DNA from: Candidatus Hadarchaeota archaeon
GTDB taxonomy: Archaea; CAYQAE01; CAYVLA01
Direction of reading: 5' to 3'
NCBI GenBank assembly: GCA_964452145.1
Contig: CAYVLA010000010.1
Location: 1 to 59,106, forward strand
Length of the DNA stretch: 59,106 nucleotides
Numbering within the stretch: position 1 is the first letter of the stretch; each line of letters opens with the position of its first letter. The translations under genes were made by a program, and so were the position numbers. This document shows, piece by piece, positions 54,814-59,106 of the stretch. The notes under the pieces were generated by a model. The model was not told the DNA's origin. It did no database searches and saw only the letters and a program-made list of their open reading frames with translations.

Positions 54814-55332
54814 ATGATCGAGGTCGAGGTGAAGGGCAGGGTACCGGATCGGGGCAAACTTGCAGCCGTCCTCGACTATGTCGGGGGATGGGGCAATCTG
54901 CCGGAGGTGGTTCACCATGACGCCTACTTCTCGCATCCGTGCAGGGACTTCCGCAAGACCGATGAGGCGCTTAGGCTTCGGCACTCGACCGGAGAAGAGG
55001 AGAAGTGGTATCTGACCTACAAGGGGCCCAGGTTGGACGGCCTGTCAAAGACGAGGGACGAGTCCGAGGTCCAAGTCCATCCCGCAGTCAGGGAGATACT
55101 GCTGAGGCTGGGATTTGAGGAGGTTGCCAGGGTCGTCAAGCGTCGCAGGGGTTTTGTCAAGGGAGATCAGGCGGTGTTCGTGGACGAGGTTCAGGGCCTC
55201 GGCACCTACGTCGAGATCGAGTCAAGGTCCCACGACCAGGACGCGCTTCCCGTTCTCCTGGGCGTCTTGGAGCAGATGGGTCTGCAGAGCGAGACCCGAT
55301 CCTATTTGGAGCTGTTGCAGGCGGGGACCTGA
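54814..55332 (+). CDS. CYTH-family (CyaB-like) triphosphate tunnel metalloenzyme
   Basis: EVEVK, DAYF, LRLR, TYKGP, K.R and D.V.GLG.YVEIE...SYLEL motifs. Confidence 0.9.
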   Translation: MIEVEVKGRVPDRGKLAAVLDYVGGWGNLPEVVHHDAYFSHPCRDFRKTDEALRLRHSTGEEEKWYLTYKGPRLDGLSKTRDESEVQVHPAVREILLRLGFEEVARVVKRRRGFVKGDQAVFVDEVQGLGTYVEIESRSHDQDALPVLLGVLEQMGLQSETRSYLELLQAGT

Positions 55333-55922
55333 CCGTCTGATCCGCTGATCTTGCCCTTTCTCAAACGGGTGAGGACATCGGCCTTCGTGATGATGCCGCC
55401 TATGCGCCCGTCCGCGATGACCAGAACCGCGGGGCTTTCTTGCAAGAGCGAGAGTATGGCCTCCATCCTCGTTCGCTTGCTCACCATGGGAAATGGGTCT
55501 TGCATGACATCCCTTATCCTCTTCTCACCAAGGTTGGCCGCTGATCCCTTCGCTATCTCGCCCGTGATCGACTTCTCGGATATGCTTCCGAGGTTTCGTC
55601 CGTTGTCTATGACCGGCAGTTGAGATATGGCGTGCGTCCACATTGCGTTGGCTGCCGACATCACGGTGTCATCCGGGGACACCCAGATGAGGTCTCTGAC
55701 GTAGATATCCTCAGCGAAGACCTCTCTGTCGGACTCCTCGCTGTTCAATGCCTCCACTATCCGGTTCAGCGTCGACAGCCTAGGGTCCACCTCTCCCGAC
55801 TCGATCTGGGAGATGAGTGACTGGCTGACATCGGAGAGTTCGGCAAGCTGGGACTGTGTCAGGCCCAGCTTCTTACGGAGCTTCCGGATCTCGTCGATAG
55901 AGGGCAAGGACAGGGGCGCCAC
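55302..55922 (-). CDS. XRE-HTH + CBS-pair transcriptional regulator (COG3620-like)
   Basis: LRKKLGLTQSQLA..S.VSQSLIS.IESG.VDPRLST, then a CBS pair (SQLPV, GIITKAD). Confidence 0.9.
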   Translation of the reverse strand: MAPLSLPSIDEIRKLRKKLGLTQSQLAELSDVSQSLISQIESGEVDPRLSTLNRIVEALNSEESDREVFAEDIYVRDLIWVSPDDTVMSAANAMWTHAISQLPVIDNGRNLGSISEKSITGEIAKGSAANLGEKRIRDVMQDPFPMVSKRTRMEAILSLLQESPAVLVIADGRIGGIITKADVLTRLRKGKISGSDGQVPACNSSK

Positions 55923-55946
55923 GCTGGCGACATGCCTCAGCAAAGA

Positions 55947-55952
55947 TTTAAA
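55947..55952. promoter_or_regulatory. Palindromic bidirectional TATA box
   Basis: TTTAAA lies 24-25 nt from in-frame GTG codons on both sides (55922 minus, 55976 plus). Confidence 0.6.
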
Positions 55953-55975
55953 GGTTGTTTGGCAGGACTCGGCTT

Positions 55976-56614
55976 GTGAGCTCGGACGGCGAGACCGATG
56001 ACCTAGTCATGGCGGTCTTGGTCGGTGCCTCGCTTGTCGGATTCGTCCTAGGCATAGTCTTCTTGGCCGAACCCCGCTCCGTCGACAGATATACCCAGCT
56101 CTACTTCGTCACGCACAAGGTGCCTCTCGTCCCGCTCCAGGGTCTCGTCGATCTGAACTACTCCGGGATCATCGTCGAAGGGGGAGTATTCGGGCACGAT
56201 TTCCTGATCCTCGGCCCAGGCACTGCCGAGGAGGCCCTGGTTTTCAGGGAGAACCCGGAAAACCTCATCAAGATCTACCAGACATTCAAGCTTGGCGACA
56301 CGTTTCTCTTCTTCGCCGGTGCAACTGAAAGGGAATGTCTGTTTCACGAGTATTCGCGGGAAGTGATGGAGTTCACGGGTGGCCGGGTGCGGTTTGTGAT
56401 CGAGAACAATATGAAGAAGGACAGAACGTACTACTATAAGACCTTCCTTGGAGGCCGGGTGGTTGACCAGGGTGAGGCCTTCATCCGTGCCGATGAGAGA
56501 AAGGAGGTTGTCTCCAGTTTCCCCGTGGATACAACCAACAATCAATGGACCAGGATCTGGATCACGCTGGATACGGGACAGAACATCTCCTTCGGATTCA
56601 GGACCTACCGGTAG
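55976..56614 (+). CDS. Membrane-anchored DUF1616-like protein
   Basis: N-terminal TM followed by YTQLYF; C-terminal Ig-like segment (F.IEN......YYY). Confidence 0.55.
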   Translation: MSSDGETDDLVMAVLVGASLVGFVLGIVFLAEPRSVDRYTQLYFVTHKVPLVPLQGLVDLNYSGIIVEGGVFGHDFLILGPGTAEEALVFRENPENLIKIYQTFKLGDTFLFFAGATERECLFHEYSREVMEFTGGRVRFVIENNMKKDRTYYYKTFLGGRVVDQGEAFIRADERKEVVSSFPVDTTNNQWTRIWITLDTGQNISFGFRTYR

Positions 56615-57486
56615 ATGGCCAGGGCCCGTTGCCATGCCGATATGCGGTCCTCAAGTTCCCGGGTCCTGTTGCTTGGCGCCATTTCCAGGGCTCGCCTCCT
56701 CTGCATCAGTCTGGACCCAACGGATGTCTTGAAGTACTCCGAGGCAGGCATCGTCCGGGCCGGCTTCCGGGCGCATTGACACACCTCGAGCCAGTTCCCG
56801 CACGTGGGGCAGCTCATCTGCGCGTCGAGCCCAATCTGGTCCAGAGGCCCCATGCCGCCCACGATCTGGACGGGCTCGGGCCCCAGCGTCCGATAGACCA
56901 GATCCACCATTCTCACAAGCTGATCATGGGCGATGCGGGCGTTGGCATATCTGTAGTCCCAGGCCTCGCTGACGGTCGCGCACCCCGCTCTGCTTAAGGA
57001 CGGTGGATGGGTTCTCGTCACTATGTCTGCAAACCCGGGTTGGTTGACCACCACGAAGGACGTGACGTAGATCAGCTTTGCGACTTGATGATCGTACATC
57101 AAGGATCTCTTCCGATGGTCGAGGTGAAGCGAGCCAAAGGGGGTCGTTGACCTATTGCCACCGGGCCTTCCTCCCAGAAGCAGGTAGAGGTCGCCGAGCA
57201 TCGACTGAACATCGGTTCTGAGTTTCACCTCAGTTATGAGGTCGCTGGATTCGGGCGCCGTCCGAGCTTTTTCAAACGTGATCAACTCACTCCTCTGATT
57301 GAAGAGGACCTCCCTCTCCATACAGCGCAGACACTTGCCCGAAACGAGGTGGAGTTGGCACGTTCTCTTGCGGCAGATCGGGCAACGCTTCAGGTCGGAG
57401 CGTGATCCACAGATGGTGCACCTGCTCAGAAACGGCATCCAGGGACGGTTCACGTTGGCTCTCCGTCCGGATAAAAATGGCCACAT
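56605..57486 (-). CDS. Hypothetical protein with N-terminal Cys/His Zn finger and C-terminal CxxC..CxC (start uncertain)
   Basis: CTIC...CPIC...CQLH....CLRC and CPTC......CQC; long ORF filling the gap. Confidence 0.6.
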   Translation of the reverse strand: MWPFLSGRRANVNRPWMPFLSRCTICGSRSDLKRCPICRKRTCQLHLVSGKCLRCMEREVLFNQRSELITFEKARTAPESSDLITEVKLRTDVQSMLGDLYLLLGGRPGGNRSTTPFGSLHLDHRKRSLMYDHQVAKLIYVTSFVVVNQPGFADIVTRTHPPSLSRAGCATVSEAWDYRYANARIAHDQLVRMVDLVYRTLGPEPVQIVGGMGPLDQIGLDAQMSCPTCGNWLEVCQCARKPARTMPASEYFKTSVGSRLMQRRRALEMAPSNRTRELEDRISAWQRALAIYR

Positions 57487-57572
57487 CCAGGAATGCGGGC
57501 AGGCTGGCAATCAGCCCTACGGCGTGCGGTAAATATTTCAGACAGGGAGGCGGCCTGAGGAGGCGTGATTCG

Positions 57573-57950
57573 TTGAAGGCAGGACTTGCGATCGTGCTGG
57601 CATCCATATCTGCGGTACTCTTCGGCCTTTCGAACGTGTGTTTCAAGCTGGGCATAGATCCCTTTGGGGAGTTAACCCCGGGAAGTGTGAGCTCGGCCCG
57701 CTTCTTGGCGGAACTGCTGACGAACAAGTGGATCGTTCTCGGAATCCTCCTTACAGTTGCATCTGGGATCTTCTATCTCGGCGCCATGTCCTACGCAGAG
57801 GTCATGAAGGTCGTCGCGGTGCTTTCCCTGAGCTACGTAACGACGGCGCTCCTTGCCAACGCCTTTCTGAACGAGGCCCTGACTGCGACAAGGATCGGCG
57901 GTTTCGCGTTCATCGTTCTCGGGATAGTCCTGGTCCATATTCGGGCATAG
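57573..57950 (+). CDS. Small DMT/EamA-like transporter subunit
   Basis: Four TMs; FKLG and SLSYV....LA..FLNE.LT..RIGG..I..G motifs. Confidence 0.82.
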   Translation: MKAGLAIVLASISAVLFGLSNVCFKLGIDPFGELTPGSVSSARFLAELLTNKWIVLGILLTVASGIFYLGAMSYAEVMKVVAVLSLSYVTTALLANAFLNEALTATRIGGFAFIVLGIVLVHIRA

Positions 57951-58052
57951 CCCCCCTCCAGGCCACGGTGCCATCATGGGCATGTTGTTTGCGAAGCCTG
58001 CGAAGGCCGTAACGGTCCCTGGCATCCGTAATTCACTTAAGAGGCATGCGCG

Positions 58053-59106
58053 ATGAGTCCAAGCATGCCTTTCGGATGGTTCAACCGCAGGCTTGAGCTT
58101 CTGCCGAGGGATCGCGTCGAGATGATCAAGCAGGCCGCGCTGGACTTGCTGGAGAAGGTGGGCTTCGCCTTCAGGCATCCACGGGCGCTTGCGCTGCTCG
58201 AGGGGCACGGAGCATCGGTCGATCACGACGCCGAGATCGCCAGGATTCCGAGGGAACTGGTCCTGGAATGCCTCTCCAAAGTGCCCAAGGAATACGCCGT
58301 ACGTCCCCCGGAGGGGAGCGAGGCGATGTTTGGGGACGGGAGCCTGAAGGCCGTCATGTGCCTGGAGAGGCACCTGGTGGACTACGAGACGATGACCAGA
58401 CGACCCGGAACGACCGAGGACTGCATCAAGTCGATCGCGCTCGGAAACGCGCTGGAGAACGTGGGGCTTGTATCGCCCTTCGTTGTGCCCGGCGATGTGC
58501 CTCTCGCCATGGCCGACGTGAGAGGTCATAGGCTCGTGCTGACCTACTCCGGCAAGCCGGGCTACGCCTGGATCTACAGCCTTGGTTCGGCCAGGTCCAT
58601 CATCGAGATGGCGAGGGTGGTGGCCGGAGGGGATGAGGAACTCAGGAAGAGGAAGTTGGTCGGATACGGAGCCGAGCCGACCAGCCCGCTGCAGCTCTCC
58701 CGCCATGCCCTGGAGATCGTCCTCGAGATGGCCCAGCACGGCCTGCCCATATCCGCCTCGGGCTCCATGACCCTGCTCGGCGGGACCAGCCCCATCACCC
58801 TGGCCGCAGGGGTGACCCTGCACACCGCCGAGACCCTGGCCGGGATAGTGCTCGTCAACCTCATCGACCCGGAGGCGCCGGCCGGGTTCTCCACCTCGGT
58901 GCACGTGTTGGATCAGAGGACGCTGCTTTGCTCCTTCGGGGCGCCGGAGAATGTCCTATGCTCGCTGGCCGGCATCCAGGTGGCCAGGGAGCTTGGCTTA
59001 AGCTGCTCGGCGAACGTCGTCCTCTCGGACTCCAACGTGCCGGACTTCCAGTGTGGATTCGAGAAGGGGATGGCGGTGGGTCTGGCCGTTGCGGCGGGGG
59101 CGGAGG
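58053..59106 (+). CDS. MttB-superfamily corrinoid methyltransferase, non-pyrrolysine type (partial, runs off the window; alternative start 58065)
   Basis: Manual translation: IKQAALDLLEKVG, RIPRELV, EPTSPLQ, GGTSPITLAA, SFGAPE and LSDSNVPDFQCGFEK. Confidence 0.88.
   Translation, partial: MSPSMPFGWFNRRLELLPRDRVEMIKQAALDLLEKVGFAFRHPRALALLEGHGASVDHDAEIARIPRELVLECLSKVPKEYAVRPPEGSEAMFGDGSLKAVMCLERHLVDYETMTRRPGTTEDCIKSIALGNALENVGLVSPFVVPGDVPLAMADVRGHRLVLTYSGKPGYAWIYSLGSARSIIEMARVVAGGDEELRKRKLVGYGAEPTSPLQLSRHALEIVLEMAQHGLPISASGSMTLLGGTSPITLAAGVTLHTAETLAGIVLVNLIDPEAPAGFSTSVHVLDQRTLLCSFGAPENVLCSLAGIQVARELGLSCSANVVLSDSNVPDFQCGFEKGMAVGLAVAAGAE

Noticed and set aside
54814..55332. Adenylate cyclase supplying a ligand to the CARF or CBS regulators
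   Set aside because: Archaeal CYTH proteins are generally triphosphatases, and no linkage evidence exists beyond being in the same 59 kb.
57672..58904. 410-aa minus-strand ORF and other long antisense ORFs (e.g. 2402-3424, 5772-6818, 34964-35839)
   Set aside because: Shadow frames of well-supported genes in GC-rich DNA, with no recognisable motifs.
1739..59106. Genome-wide TAG recoding (pyrrolysine code), suggested by in-frame TAG junctions (cyclase/FAH/M20, proS/COG2122, nadK/nob1) and an MttB gene
   Set aside because: TAG ends proteins exactly at required C-termini (SAMP diglycine, ProRS terminal Tyr), I saw no internal TAG in conserved genes, the MttB has Leu at the Pyl site, and about one third of junctions are in frame by chance.

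Overview
GC-rich (roughly 60% by eye), very compact archaeal chromosome segment; the lineage cannot be resolved from this window. About 60 CDSs. Most are core archaeal housekeeping genes: pan/mbf1, proS, gins-mcm-pus10, rpl21e-rpoF-DUF655-rsmA, GPN GTPase, purB/purM, trkH, thyA, dph6, apgM, dys/aIF-5A, NAD kinase, NOB1, COG1202 helicase, trxB, rqcH, SAMP/MoaD, CYTH, argB/argH, riboflavin kinase and FAD synthase, and the methanogen-type homocysteine module. Accessory material: two tandem paralogous membrane-anchored GATase-like proteins, a catabolic operon (cyclase, FAH, M20, enolase family), secreted or glycan-active TIM-barrel proteins, a fucose-isomerase-like gene and a partial non-pyrrolysine MttB methyltransferase. 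No rRNA, tRNA, CRISPR array, transposase or integrase was recognised. Best candidates for new biology: (1) a divergent pair of a TBP-domain-less RNase HIII-like nuclease and a CARF-wHTH regulator sharing an AT-rich spacer with operator-like repeats; (2) a stand-alone wHTH-fused LigD-type primase-polymerase without Ku or ligase; (3) NOB1 with no canonical start codon, lying in frame behind the NAD kinase TAG; (4) a DUF357-wHTH-FAD synthase triple fusion; (5) a 72-aa protein with a proteasome HbYX-like tail; (6) a stem-loop-rich 318-nt gap. All family calls come from motif recognition only; no searches were run.
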